Assembly: GCA_964384955.1 (NCBI GenBank)
Contig: CAYLLP010000001.1
Span: 10,004-74,003, forward strand
Direction of reading: 5' to 3'
DNA from: an uncultured Gammaproteobacteria bacterium
GTDB taxonomy: Bacteria; Patescibacteriota; Microgenomatia; UBA1406; GWC2-37-13
Length of the DNA: 64,000 bases
Of this stretch, positions 18,161 through 26,691 are shown one piece after another; positions within the stretch are counted from its first letter, which is position 1; each line of letters opens with the position of its first letter. The position numbers and the translations under genes were made by a program. Under the pieces are notes generated by a model. That model made no database searches. It saw only the letters and a program-made list of their open reading frames with translations, and was not told the DNA's origin.

Positions 18161-20809
18161 TTAAATTTTCATTGCGGTGTCAAGTGAAACTTCTCCACTC
18201 TTGGGATACGTGCCTGATATCGGCAGCGAAAACCAGAATGTCGTACCCCGACCCTCCTCACTTTTGAACCAAATACGCCCCCCTGAGGCGGCTATAATAA
18301 TCTTGGCCAGATAGAGGCCCAGCCCTGTGCCATCTGTCTCTCTCTTGACCACGTTGGAAGCGCGAAAGAATTTTTCAAAGAGGCGCGGCTGTTCGTCTTT
18401 GGGAATGCCGATTCCATTGTCTGCGACCTGGCAGATTACTTCTTCGTTCTTGCGCGAGATAAAAACAGTAATTTCTCCTCCTGTTGGGGTATATTTTATC
18501 GCATTGGTGAGAAGATTGATAAATACCTCACGCACAAGCTTTGCATCAATTGAGATTTGTGGCAGGGTCCGGTTATAACTCACAATCAAGTGTTGGCTCT
18601 TCTCATACACCCTCGGTTGAATCTCAGTAAGAGATGACTTGATGAACTCATTCATATCTGTCGGTCGTGGATCGATAATAAGGCGACCTGACTCGATGCG
18701 TGAGACGTTCAAAAGCGAGCGCACCAGCGAAATCATACGCTCATTGGATTGATTTACATTGTCAAGAAGGTCTCGTTGTGGGGGAGTGATAGGACCAATA
18801 TCGCCAGATAGCATCATCTCTAAATACCATTTCATGGCAGAGAGTGGGGTGCGTAGCTGGTGAGAGGCAAGAGAAATAAACTCAGATTTCATCCGATCGA
18901 TCTCCCGCTCAAGTGTAATATCGCGAAATATCACCAGCTTCCCAATTTGCGCTCCACCAAGGTTCACCGGGGAGACAATAATTGAAGCGGGGAACTTGAT
19001 AAGATTTTTGCGTCTAAGAAAGAACGTGTGGGCCGTGGAAGATATATCACGGCCTTGTGCGTGCTCACTTGCAATTGGATTCTGCTCCAGAGGCAGCTCG
19101 CTATCCTTCTCATTGACGATAATAAAAACTTTGCTGTAATACTTGCCGAGCGCTTCCTGGGCGCTATAACCCAATAGCTCTACAGCTTGATTATTGACAC
19201 GAATAATATGTCCTGCACTATCTGTGGCGATCATCCCTTCCGAGATGCTGGAGAGGAGCGCGTCATCCTTGGCTTTTTCGCCTTCTATGACTTTTTTGCT
19301 TTCTTCGATATCTTCAAGAAGATTAAGCATCGCTCGCTTGGTGTTCTCGAGGTCTGTATTCTGCTCTTCAAGGTTTTGCTGGACCTGAACGATCGATTGT
19401 GTCTTCTCATCAACCTCATGCAAAAGATCTCGCTTAAGTCGCAGACTCTCGTTTATAAAATACGAGAAGCTGTGCGAAAGCTCTTCAAGCTCGTCTGCCG
19501 AATACGTGTCATAAGAAAATTGAAGCGTGGTGTCTTTAACCGATTTAACGGCTTCGGTGAGACCGGAAATGGCGGCAGTGATAAAGCGACTTGCGTAGAG
19601 AGCGGCCACCGTAGTAAGGAATACAACAAAAAGAAAAATTGCTATAAACGGCAATATGACAGACTCAAATGCATAGAAGTCACTCATATATGCTATACTT
19701 ATGAGCTTGCGCCCGTCTGGAAGTGTCTTAAACCCCAAGAGCTTTATTTCTTTGGTAAAATCATCTACGACCCCCTCACGTGTGCTACCCACTACCTTGC
19801 GTGAAGACTCCGAGACCTGTATGGGAAAGGGTGTATGAGGCGAGAGCACAAACGCGCTCCCCCGGTCCCCCATGACGAGCTCACGCGGCAAGGCACCGTT
19901 CCGAGCCTCATGCACAGATACCTTGCTTATCCGCCCCAAGAGCTCCTGCGCTACAGCATTCCTTGAGTAGAGCTGCAAGAGCTGGACCCCGGCGATGGTG
20001 ATGTACATGAGGCCACCGACACTCACCAACATAGTCGTCACCACCACGCGCCGTGAGTATTTTCTAAGATATACATCGCCTACTTTGTGACGCTCTTCAA
20101 TGGACCGACGAACGGCAGCCAGGAGCTGGTCAAACGAGTGAAAGTAAAAAAGACCAACAAAAAGTGAAGTAACTAATCCATGCATCACAAACTTAATCTG
20201 CTCTATCTGCGGGTGAGAAGCAAAAAAATGGAACTGAACTGCGGCAATCGCATAGCCCGCAGTGGCGACAACAATCATTACAACAGCTATCCTTAGAGGG
20301 AGGGCCAACGTGTATTTGTAGAGAGCAAGAGGCGAGCCTACAAGCTTCCCCTTGTCAAGAAATGCATTGATTCTTCGTAGGGAGAGAATCGTATAGCCGC
20401 CCACGAGGGTTCCCCCAATTCCAAGCAGCTCCCACATCCACACAAAGTTCATCCAACTAATTTGCGTAGGGCTTAAATTCATCGTGAGTACGAAAAAAAC
20501 TGCAGCTGGCATATACCACATTCCGACCAAGCCACCCCACACGAGCATAGAGGAGCGCACATTGAGGGAAAATAGGTGCCGCCGCTTCCAAAATACGAGA
20601 AACAGAAGGATATTTACTATATAATGGGCGGCAAGCCAGGCAAAATAGATCGAGATGGTGACTGGCACCACCCCTACAATTCCGGCGATCGCGTATGTAA
20701 AAGACATGACAAGCAACACACCTTCGACGGCAAGTAGTAGGTGCACCGGCAGCTTGGATAGATTATTTTTCATCATGCTTGAGGCTTTCCAATCGTTGCC
20801 GCAGTTCAA
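18161..20809 (-). CDS. Multi-pass membrane sensor histidine kinase (TM region, HAMP-like, coiled coil, PAS, HisKA, HATPase_c)
   Basis: 882 aa. H-box FISLASHQLRTPL, N-box LLTNAIKYTP, G1 DNGIGIP, G2 GTGLGLYL. The start may be Met12 or Met13. Confidence 0.92.
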   Translation of the reverse strand: MNCGNDWKASSMMKNNLSKLPVHLLLAVEGVLLVMSFTYAIAGIVGVVPVTISIYFAWLAAHYIVNILLFLVFWKRRHLFSLNVRSSMLVWGGLVGMWYMPAAVFFVLTMNLSPTQISWMNFVWMWELLGIGGTLVGGYTILSLRRINAFLDKGKLVGSPLALYKYTLALPLRIAVVMIVVATAGYAIAAVQFHFFASHPQIEQIKFVMHGLVTSLFVGLFYFHSFDQLLAAVRRSIEERHKVGDVYLRKYSRRVVVTTMLVSVGGLMYITIAGVQLLQLYSRNAVAQELLGRISKVSVHEARNGALPRELVMGDRGSAFVLSPHTPFPIQVSESSRKVVGSTREGVVDDFTKEIKLLGFKTLPDGRKLISIAYMSDFYAFESVILPFIAIFLFVVFLTTVAALYASRFITAAISGLTEAVKSVKDTTLQFSYDTYSADELEELSHSFSYFINESLRLKRDLLHEVDEKTQSIVQVQQNLEEQNTDLENTKRAMLNLLEDIEESKKVIEGEKAKDDALLSSISEGMIATDSAGHIIRVNNQAVELLGYSAQEALGKYYSKVFIIVNEKDSELPLEQNPIASEHAQGRDISSTAHTFFLRRKNLIKFPASIIVSPVNLGGAQIGKLVIFRDITLEREIDRMKSEFISLASHQLRTPLSAMKWYLEMMLSGDIGPITPPQRDLLDNVNQSNERMISLVRSLLNVSRIESGRLIIDPRPTDMNEFIKSSLTEIQPRVYEKSQHLIVSYNRTLPQISIDAKLVREVFINLLTNAIKYTPTGGEITVFISRKNEEVICQVADNGIGIPKDEQPRLFEKFFRASNVVKRETDGTGLGLYLAKIIIAASGGRIWFKSEEGRGTTFWFSLPISGTYPKSGEVSLDTAMKI

Positions 20810-22349
20810 TCATTTTTAGTTCCCGTCCTACGAACGCCTTATTGAGACGCTCCAACTCTTCCTTTTGAATTTTGAGCGTATCTTCCGCGCGTTTTCGGTC
20901 TGTAAGATCTCTCATAAGCCCCTCAATCTGCATGGGTCTGCCCGCCGTGTCAAGAATGACTCGCGCATTGAGTGACATAAAAAGCGGCCGACCCCCAGCT
21001 CCCTTGATGGCGACTGGATAGTCGTGCACCACTCCTTGTGCCAGTTCTTGCTTGAGCAATTCATCGTGCTTTGAGGGATCAATGTAGAGATCTCGTATAT
21101 TTTTGCCAATCAACGATTCAGGCCGCCTTCCGGTATAGGTGTACACAGACGGACTCACCGATAATACTGTCCCATCTAGATGTAACGAAACGTAAATATC
21201 AGAAAGTGAATTAAAAATATTCTGATATTTTTGCTCTGTTTCTTTAAATGATTGCTCAGCTGCACGAGCGCTTGTCACGGCGGCAGCTCGTGAGAGGACG
21301 AGTGTGTTAATGAGAAAAAACAGTAATATGGAGAACATAGCCCCTCCGGTCAAAATTCCAAGAGGTACCAGCTCCTCAACTGGACTTACCCCAAATCCAG
21401 GAAGGCTCGCATAGGAAATTGTCCAGTGATGGCTGGCGAGCTTTATAACCCGTGTCGTCGTAAACAAGGGGATGTACGAAGGATTTTGCGTGTAGCGGCC
21501 CCCGTCGCGGGAGTATAAAAGGCGATTTTGGGAGAGTGCGCCCGATCTGCCATCATAGATATCAAACGCAATTGTGCTTGAGGTCTTTCCAAGTATGCCT
21601 TCTATGAAGTCTTGTGCTCTGAATGGAGCGTTGGTAAATCCTAGAGAAGCATGCCTTCTTTGATCGACGGTTGCTGTCGGTAGGCCTACCTTGTAGATTG
21701 GAGTATATAATATGAAGCCAGGTTGGGAATTGGTGGCCAACTCTTGGATAAGCGTCAGCTTCCCAGTCAGTGCTGCGGTGCCCGTATCACGTGCCTTTTC
21801 TTGCGCTTGGCGACGAACTGGATCAAAAAAGGTGTCATATCCGAATGCCTTGAGATTTGCTCCGGTGAAAGGCTCAATATAGAGCACTGGCGTATATCCA
21901 GCCCGCTCTCCAGGTGGATGTACTGTGTAGGTAGGAAATCCCTCCTTGCGTACATCAGCTATATGCTTACTTAGCTCCGAGGAAGGCACGTATAATGAGA
22001 ATCCTATGCCCTGGATGCCGGGGTAATTCTGCTGGAGGTTGATCGAGTTTACAAAAAATTTCCAGTCTTGCCGTGTGACCACGCCACGGGCTGCAAAAAG
22101 TCCCCGAGCGGCAGAGAGTGTATTAGTGTACAGCTCCATTCTTCTGATAATCCTCTCCTCAATTTCATGAATTTCTGCGTCAAATTTCTCCTTTGAGGCG
22201 CGATTGAGCTGCTCTCGTGTCGTCACCCAAAGAAGCAATGTTGCAGCAAGAATCAGCACTAAAATGACTACTGAGAGCAGTGATATCGATGAGACGCTAA
22301 GAGAATCAGTTTTGCTATTCATGTTCGTCTTTGTCCTTTGGTGTATCAA
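20763..22349 (-). CDS. CHASE-domain plus PAS sensor protein without a recognisable output domain
   Basis: 528 aa. TM helix, CHASE-like periplasmic region (YPGIQGIGFSLYV..YTPVLYIEPF..NLKAFGYDTFFDPVRR), a second TM helix, a PAS domain, and a C-terminal coiled coil ending GRELKMIELRQRLESLK. The start may be Met10 at 22322. Confidence 0.8.
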   Translation of the reverse strand: MIHQRTKTNMNSKTDSLSVSSISLLSVVILVLILAATLLLWVTTREQLNRASKEKFDAEIHEIEERIIRRMELYTNTLSAARGLFAARGVVTRQDWKFFVNSINLQQNYPGIQGIGFSLYVPSSELSKHIADVRKEGFPTYTVHPPGERAGYTPVLYIEPFTGANLKAFGYDTFFDPVRRQAQEKARDTGTAALTGKLTLIQELATNSQPGFILYTPIYKVGLPTATVDQRRHASLGFTNAPFRAQDFIEGILGKTSSTIAFDIYDGRSGALSQNRLLYSRDGGRYTQNPSYIPLFTTTRVIKLASHHWTISYASLPGFGVSPVEELVPLGILTGGAMFSILLFFLINTLVLSRAAAVTSARAAEQSFKETEQKYQNIFNSLSDIYVSLHLDGTVLSVSPSVYTYTGRRPESLIGKNIRDLYIDPSKHDELLKQELAQGVVHDYPVAIKGAGGRPLFMSLNARVILDTAGRPMQIEGLMRDLTDRKRAEDTLKIQKEELERLNKAFVGRELKMIELRQRLESLKHDEK

Positions 22350-23007
22350 TGAGATAACTTAGATAGAGAAAGGGGGTCGCGACGAAACCTATCGTGGACT
22401 TGATCAAAAAACCACTTACCATAGATTGCAGCAAAATTGAGTTGGGCACAATTCCATAAAAAGCTAAGCTAAAAAATAAAGCACTGTCGAGACCTTGTCC
22501 AATAAGAGTCGCGATCATACTTCGCATATAGAGAAGGCGCCCTGCAGTTTTTTGCTTGAGGTAGTTATAAAGAGTCACATTTATATATTGCACGACAATA
22601 TACGATAAGATTGAGGCCAAGGCGACCCGGGCGCTTCTGGCGTAAATTATCTCCAAGGCCTGAGATACCGAAGATGTTGATTCCACACCTTTAAAGTTGA
22701 TCACAAACTGTCCCATCAGTATAAAAAAAACAAGTGACAGGAGACCAAACAGCACGCTTTTGAGGGCTTCCTGCTTCCCCCACAATTCACTCATTAGATA
22801 GGTCGCCACAAATACACACGCAAAGAAAGAATTACCGGTGTTTGTCGTGATCCCAAAAAATGTAATAAGCTTTGCACCAAAAGCCGAGATTAGAATAATA
22901 TTGAGCACAATCGAAATATGGAGCGCTTCCCGTCCCAAGCGGGCCGCAAAAAACACTCCGAGTAAATCAAGTATGGTCAGCATCACAAAGACATATTCAT
23001 TGATCAT
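22315..23007 (-). CDS. yhhQ: Queuosine-precursor transporter family (YhhQ/VUT, DUF165) membrane protein
   Basis: 230 aa polytopic protein. The sequence pattern (GNSFFACVFVATYLMSELWGK ... LIGQGLDSALFF) matches my recollection of YhhQ. Confidence 0.7.
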   Translation of the reverse strand: MINEYVFVMLTILDLLGVFFAARLGREALHISIVLNIILISAFGAKLITFFGITTNTGNSFFACVFVATYLMSELWGKQEALKSVLFGLLSLVFFILMGQFVINFKGVESTSSVSQALEIIYARSARVALASILSYIVVQYINVTLYNYLKQKTAGRLLYMRSMIATLIGQGLDSALFFSLAFYGIVPNSILLQSMVSGFLIKSTIGFVATPFLYLSYLIDTPKDKDEHE

Positions 23008-23033
23008 CGGGAATTGAATAATTTATAATCTCC

Positions 23034-24299
23034 TTACATTTGCTTTACAGGCGCAGTTAGCTTTCTCATTGCGGACTTGAGCTCGACCATCTTGAGCTCA
23101 CGACCAATCATAAGTTTATTAAGCTTTTCAAGTTCCAGTGTGCGAAGTTGGAGCTTCATCTGCACTTCCTCCCGTCCTATGGCTGCTCCCAAAATATCAC
23201 TCGTGGTGCCGACGGCTTCAATTTCCACCACATTCCATGATCTGGCAGTACGATAATCTTCAAATATTAAAAAACCCCACCAAAGGGTTCCTGAAAAGAT
23301 TGGCGCGATCAGGATCGACTGGATATTTTGCGCCGTCAGAAAGGCTTGCTCTTTCTGTGCAAATTTCTCCAAAGAGCCCATAACCGGCCGCCCCTGCGAT
23401 AGGTCGATAGTCCATTGACCAAGTCCCTCCTTCTCATACGAAAAATTAGTAAATTGCGCTGTTGATGAGTGGGCAGGGATCCCCTCTGCGGCCCACTCCA
23501 CAATTTGAGAAGCGTATATGACGCCGGCCTCATCGCGTGTATTGTGATAGATGGCTATTTTTCCAAGCCCCAGTGCGCCAGCTACTAGCTTTAATGTCGA
23601 TTGAATATTCTTTTGCCATGAAGGCTGGGTGAGAGCGTCTCTTGCAAATACCCCCAGAGCTTGAAGGACACGGTCCCGAAGTTGCACCTTGGATTCCCAC
23701 TCTACCCGCTTGGTGATATCCTGGCCTATGCCTACAATCCGTATAATCTTCCCGCTTCCGTCTGGTACTGCTCTTCCCTGTGCAAGCAGGACTCCTATTT
23801 GTCCATTAGGTCGCAGAATGCGATATTTAAACCTAAAATCCTCACCAAGATGTGCGCTTTTGTCAATAATTTCCTTTACACGGGCCACGTCATCTTTGTG
23901 CACTCGACTTAGGAAACCTTCGTAGGTAGCCGGGGCTTCAGGCGGTGAAAGTCCATATATATCGCATAGCTCCTCTGACCACTTAAACTGATTTTTGCTG
24001 ATATTCCATTCCCAGCTCCCCATGTGGGTAAGCCGCTGCGCTTCATTAAGCGAGGTAGTGGTCTCCTGTGCGCGTGCTTCGAGCACTTGGTTTAGAGTTT
24101 GAAGTTTTGTAAGCTTTTCCCTTGTGGCGTCTATTAGTTTCGAGACCCCGACATACAATTGGGCAAACTCATCCGTACCTTGCGGAATAGGTATATTTTC
24201 GGAGAAATCCCCCACTGCAATTGCAGCCAAGATATTAGCTATTATCTTGATTTTTTCCTCGGTCCGCTTTTTATATTCAGTGAGGTCAGGAGGGTCCAT
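23034..24299 (-). CDS. Cytoplasmic PAS-GAF sensor protein without a recognisable output domain
   Basis: 421 aa. Coiled coil, PAS (MGSWEWNISKNQFKWSEELCDIYG), a GAF-like region, and a C-terminal coiled coil with IGRELKMVELKSAMRKL. Confidence 0.75.
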   Translation of the reverse strand: MDPPDLTEYKKRTEEKIKIIANILAAIAVGDFSENIPIPQGTDEFAQLYVGVSKLIDATREKLTKLQTLNQVLEARAQETTTSLNEAQRLTHMGSWEWNISKNQFKWSEELCDIYGLSPPEAPATYEGFLSRVHKDDVARVKEIIDKSAHLGEDFRFKYRILRPNGQIGVLLAQGRAVPDGSGKIIRIVGIGQDITKRVEWESKVQLRDRVLQALGVFARDALTQPSWQKNIQSTLKLVAGALGLGKIAIYHNTRDEAGVIYASQIVEWAAEGIPAHSSTAQFTNFSYEKEGLGQWTIDLSQGRPVMGSLEKFAQKEQAFLTAQNIQSILIAPIFSGTLWWGFLIFEDYRTARSWNVVEIEAVGTTSDILGAAIGREEVQMKLQLRTLELEKLNKLMIGRELKMVELKSAMRKLTAPVKQM

Positions 24300-24432
24300 T
24301 TTTTCTTGAACAGGATATGTATACAGAATAGCAAGTAATTGCGCTTTGTGTCAACATGTCAATACCCACTTTGTAATAAAAGTGCCCGCACTTGCCTTAT
24401 AGGGTATAATTAGGGTGTGTGCGGGATTAGTT

Positions 24433-24476
24433 TCCCGACGTTTCAGTCGGGATCCCGACAGCGCGGCTCGTCGGGA
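24433..24476 (+). repeat. Two abutting hairpins with stem TCCCGAC/GTCGGGA, immediately 5' of tRNA-Gly
   Basis: Hairpin 1: 24433-24439 pairs with 24446-24452, loop GTTTCA. Hairpin 2: 24453-24459 pairs with 24470-24476, loop AGCGCGGCTC. Confidence 0.85.
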
Positions 24477-24484
24477 GAGCAATT

Positions 24485-24556
24485 GCGGTGGTAGTTCAGC
24501 GGTAGAATGTCTCCTTCCCAAGGAGAAGGTCGCCGGTTCAAATCCGGTCCACCGCT
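24485..24556 (+). tRNA. tRNA-Gly (anticodon CCC)
   Basis: Hand-folded cloverleaf. Acceptor GCGGTGG/CCACCGC, anticodon stem TCTCC/GGAGA, loop TTCCCAA, T arm GCCGG-TTCAAAT-CCGGT. CCA is not encoded. Confidence 0.9.
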
Positions 24557-24591
24557 CAGGCATTTTTCAGGGCAAGGATGAGACACGAGTT

Positions 24592-24631
24592 TTCCGACGT
24601 AAAGTCGGAATCCCGACCGAAAGCGTCGGGA
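24592..24631 (+). repeat. Two abutting hairpins with stem T(T/C)CCGAC/GTCGG(A/G)A, 3' of tRNA-Gly
   Basis: Hairpin 3: 24592-24598 pairs with 24604-24610, loop GTAAA. Hairpin 4: 24611-24617 pairs with 24625-24631, loop CGAAAGC. Confidence 0.85.
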
Positions 24632-24753
24632 CAATTCTCGTATTCCGCTCATTTGCCCATAGTTAGAAGTCAGTTTATGAACTTTAGTCTAAAGACACGT
24701 TAACTATTATGAAATTAAGGGGAAGAAGTGCTTAAAAACCGCATTTCTAACCT

Positions 24754-24826
24754 GCCGAAGTAGCTCAGTTGGTAGAGCAGGTGCTTCGTAAGCGCAAGGT
24801 CGTGGGTTCGATTCCCACCTTCGGCT
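24754..24826 (+). tRNA. tRNA-Thr (anticodon CGT)
   Basis: Hand-folded cloverleaf. Acceptor GCCGAAG/CTTCGGC, D arm GCTC-AGTTGGTA-GAGC, anticodon loop TTCGTAA, T arm GTGGG-TTCGATT-CCCAC. Confidence 0.9.
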
Positions 24827-24827
24827 C

Positions 24828-25526
24828 ATGGTAAAAATCAGAAGATATAGGGGAGCAGACAAGAAAAAGCGTGTGATCGCCATTGGCGTGGTCATCATCA
24901 TCATCTATTTATTTGCGACATCAATCGGCCTCTCACTTCTGGCTGACGCCTCAATATTTGTCGGCAATCTTCTTGCCGGAAAGACTGCGGAGCGTGAAAA
25001 CGTCAATTATTTAGACACCCTGACCGTAGATGAACCCTCGCAGGCGACACCCAAAGCAGAGATTCTTATTAGTGGATTTGCCCATGGCTTCTCGAAGCTT
25101 GAGTTTTACCTAAACGAAAAAAAAGTGCACGAGAAGACGATTAAAAACACGGAAAACTTTAGTGAGACAGTTTCTGGGCTCAGGGAAGGCGATAATGAAA
25201 TATATTTGATCGCGACTGCAGAAGGAAAAGAGCAAAAACAATCAAAGATCTTCACCATTACATACCTTGCAAAAAAGCCGGACCTTGAAGTCACAGAGCC
25301 CGCCTCAGGAAGCACCGTGCGCAAGGAAGATCTTACGGTCAAAGGAAAAACATCACCTGACAACACGGTGAAGGTCAATGGTCAGCCCGCGATCGTGGAC
25401 ACAACCGGCGCGTTTGAATATACTCTGCGAATCAAAGAAGGAGAGAACAAGCTGCAGGTTGTGGCTACTGACTTGGCCGGAAATACTACGGAGGCTGAAG
25501 TCATCGTACGCTACGAGAAGGAGTAG
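24828..25526 (+). CDS. Membrane-anchored exported protein with beta-rich (Ig-like) repeats
   Basis: 232 aa. N-terminal basic stretch and TM helix (VIAIGVVIIIIYLF), then beta-strand-rich segments ending in a pattern common to bacterial Ig-like domains (NKLQVVATDLAGNTTEAEVIVRY). The ATG lies 2 nt after the tRNA-Thr 3' end, so the real start may be the downstream GTG. Confidence 0.6.
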   Translation: MVKIRRYRGADKKKRVIAIGVVIIIIYLFATSIGLSLLADASIFVGNLLAGKTAERENVNYLDTLTVDEPSQATPKAEILISGFAHGFSKLEFYLNEKKVHEKTIKNTENFSETVSGLREGDNEIYLIATAEGKEQKQSKIFTITYLAKKPDLEVTEPASGSTVRKEDLTVKGKTSPDNTVKVNGQPAIVDTTGAFEYTLRIKEGENKLQVVATDLAGNTTEAEVIVRYEKE

Positions 25527-26691
25527 AAAGTTTATTTTTCTCTAGGGCGCAGATATAGGCAAGTAGACATAAAATAAAGGGGTGCAAAAGAATATTGTCG
25601 AATAAAGAAAAGACACTTAAAAATAAAATATAGACCTCCCCTCCCCCAAAAAATCTGCTTATCTCCCACAAAACAAGCAGAAAGCCCGCGAGTCCCACGA
25701 GCCCAAGTGCCACTAAAATAGTGAGAAATGTCGAGGAGTAGGCACTTTGACCATGATTAGGTACGCCGGCTTTGATCGATCGTGGTGCAGATGGCTTCTT
25801 ATAAAACTGAGTTCTATTATATCCCACACCCAGTATTGGATGCTTCTTCCACAGGTCCAGGGCCTCTTTAGAGTCTTGAACTCGCGCTACGATTGAGGAA
25901 GTCCGCCATAGGTTGGTGCTCTCTGTGGCAGGATTGCTCAATAATACGAGGCCAGTGACAGCCAGGATAAGCATGGCTGCCACTAGCCATATTTTGCCTA
26001 CTCGCAGTCCCAGATACAGAGCCGCCGCGGCGGCTCCAAGGTATAATCCACGAGAATAGGTAAATATAGCCAGAACAGACGTCCCCAGTAAAGCAAGGTT
26101 TATCCACAACGTGCGGGGTCGCTTTGGGTTGACACGTAGTCGAATGAGCCAGATAGAAAATAATCCAAGAAGTGCGGCGGCTACGCCAGTATCTAAAAAT
26201 ACGCCAAATACCCGGTTGAGATGCTCATCCCAGCCTAGGTACGAAAGGTTACGTAGGTCAGGATACCAGAGAAACTGCACAGCACTACTGAGTAGTATCA
26301 AAGAAATTGTGCCCATCAGAGCCATTGTCAATCGGACACGAGAACCTTTTGCGCCAAAGACGTAGTACGAAATATTTACAATCAACAAAAGATAAAAAAC
26401 AAAGCGGACTATATAGAGGCCCGCAACTGCATTCTGAAAGGTGGAAAAGGGGGGATAGTTCCATAAAAAACTAATGATCATATACCCTAGGAAGAGTGCG
26501 GTCCACTTAAAGTGCCGCCATGAAGCGGTAACCGCGCGTAGGCGGTACTGATAGAGGCTCCACACGACAAAGATGCAGAGAGGCAATTCATATAGATAGC
26601 CATTAATCTTCGCGTCATATAACTCTACACGGCCTAATTGACCTAGGCTAAAAAGAAACAACGCAAAAAAAAGCAACGCCAGGGCAATCAT
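25501..26691 (-). CDS. O-antigen ligase/polymerase-like (Wzy_C family) polytopic membrane protein
   Basis: 396 aa with about 10 or more TM helices. The YSRGLYLGAAAAALYL segment is typical of O-antigen-ligase family loops. Adjacent to a GT2 gene. Confidence 0.6.
   Translation of the reverse strand: MIALALLFFALFLFSLGQLGRVELYDAKINGYLYELPLCIFVVWSLYQYRLRAVTASWRHFKWTALFLGYMIISFLWNYPPFSTFQNAVAGLYIVRFVFYLLLIVNISYYVFGAKGSRVRLTMALMGTISLILLSSAVQFLWYPDLRNLSYLGWDEHLNRVFGVFLDTGVAAALLGLFSIWLIRLRVNPKRPRTLWINLALLGTSVLAIFTYSRGLYLGAAAAALYLGLRVGKIWLVAAMLILAVTGLVLLSNPATESTNLWRTSSIVARVQDSKEALDLWKKHPILGVGYNRTQFYKKPSAPRSIKAGVPNHGQSAYSSTFLTILVALGLVGLAGFLLVLWEISRFFGGGEVYILFLSVFSLFDNILLHPFILCLLAYICALEKNKLSTPSRSVR

Noticed and set aside
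24405-24410. Perfect TATAAT about 75 nt upstream of tRNA-Gly, considered as its promoter
   Set aside because: No acceptable -35 hexamer lies at 16-18-nt spacing (GTGCCC at the expected position). I could not support it beyond the hexamer itself, so it is not listed as a feature.
24351-24904. ORFs 24351-24563, 24415-24666, 24443-24652 and 24707-24904 overlapping the tRNA region
   Set aside because: They run across tRNA-Gly or tRNA-Thr and the hairpin repeats. The products are R/P/S-rich with no motif, and the tRNA cloverleaves explain the conservation-like structure.
26100-26108. Consensus DnaA box TTATCCACA, considered as a hint of oriC
   Set aside because: It is a single copy inside the O-antigen-ligase-like CDS. 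There is no cluster of boxes, no AT-rich unwinding element beside it, and no dnaA or dnaN nearby.
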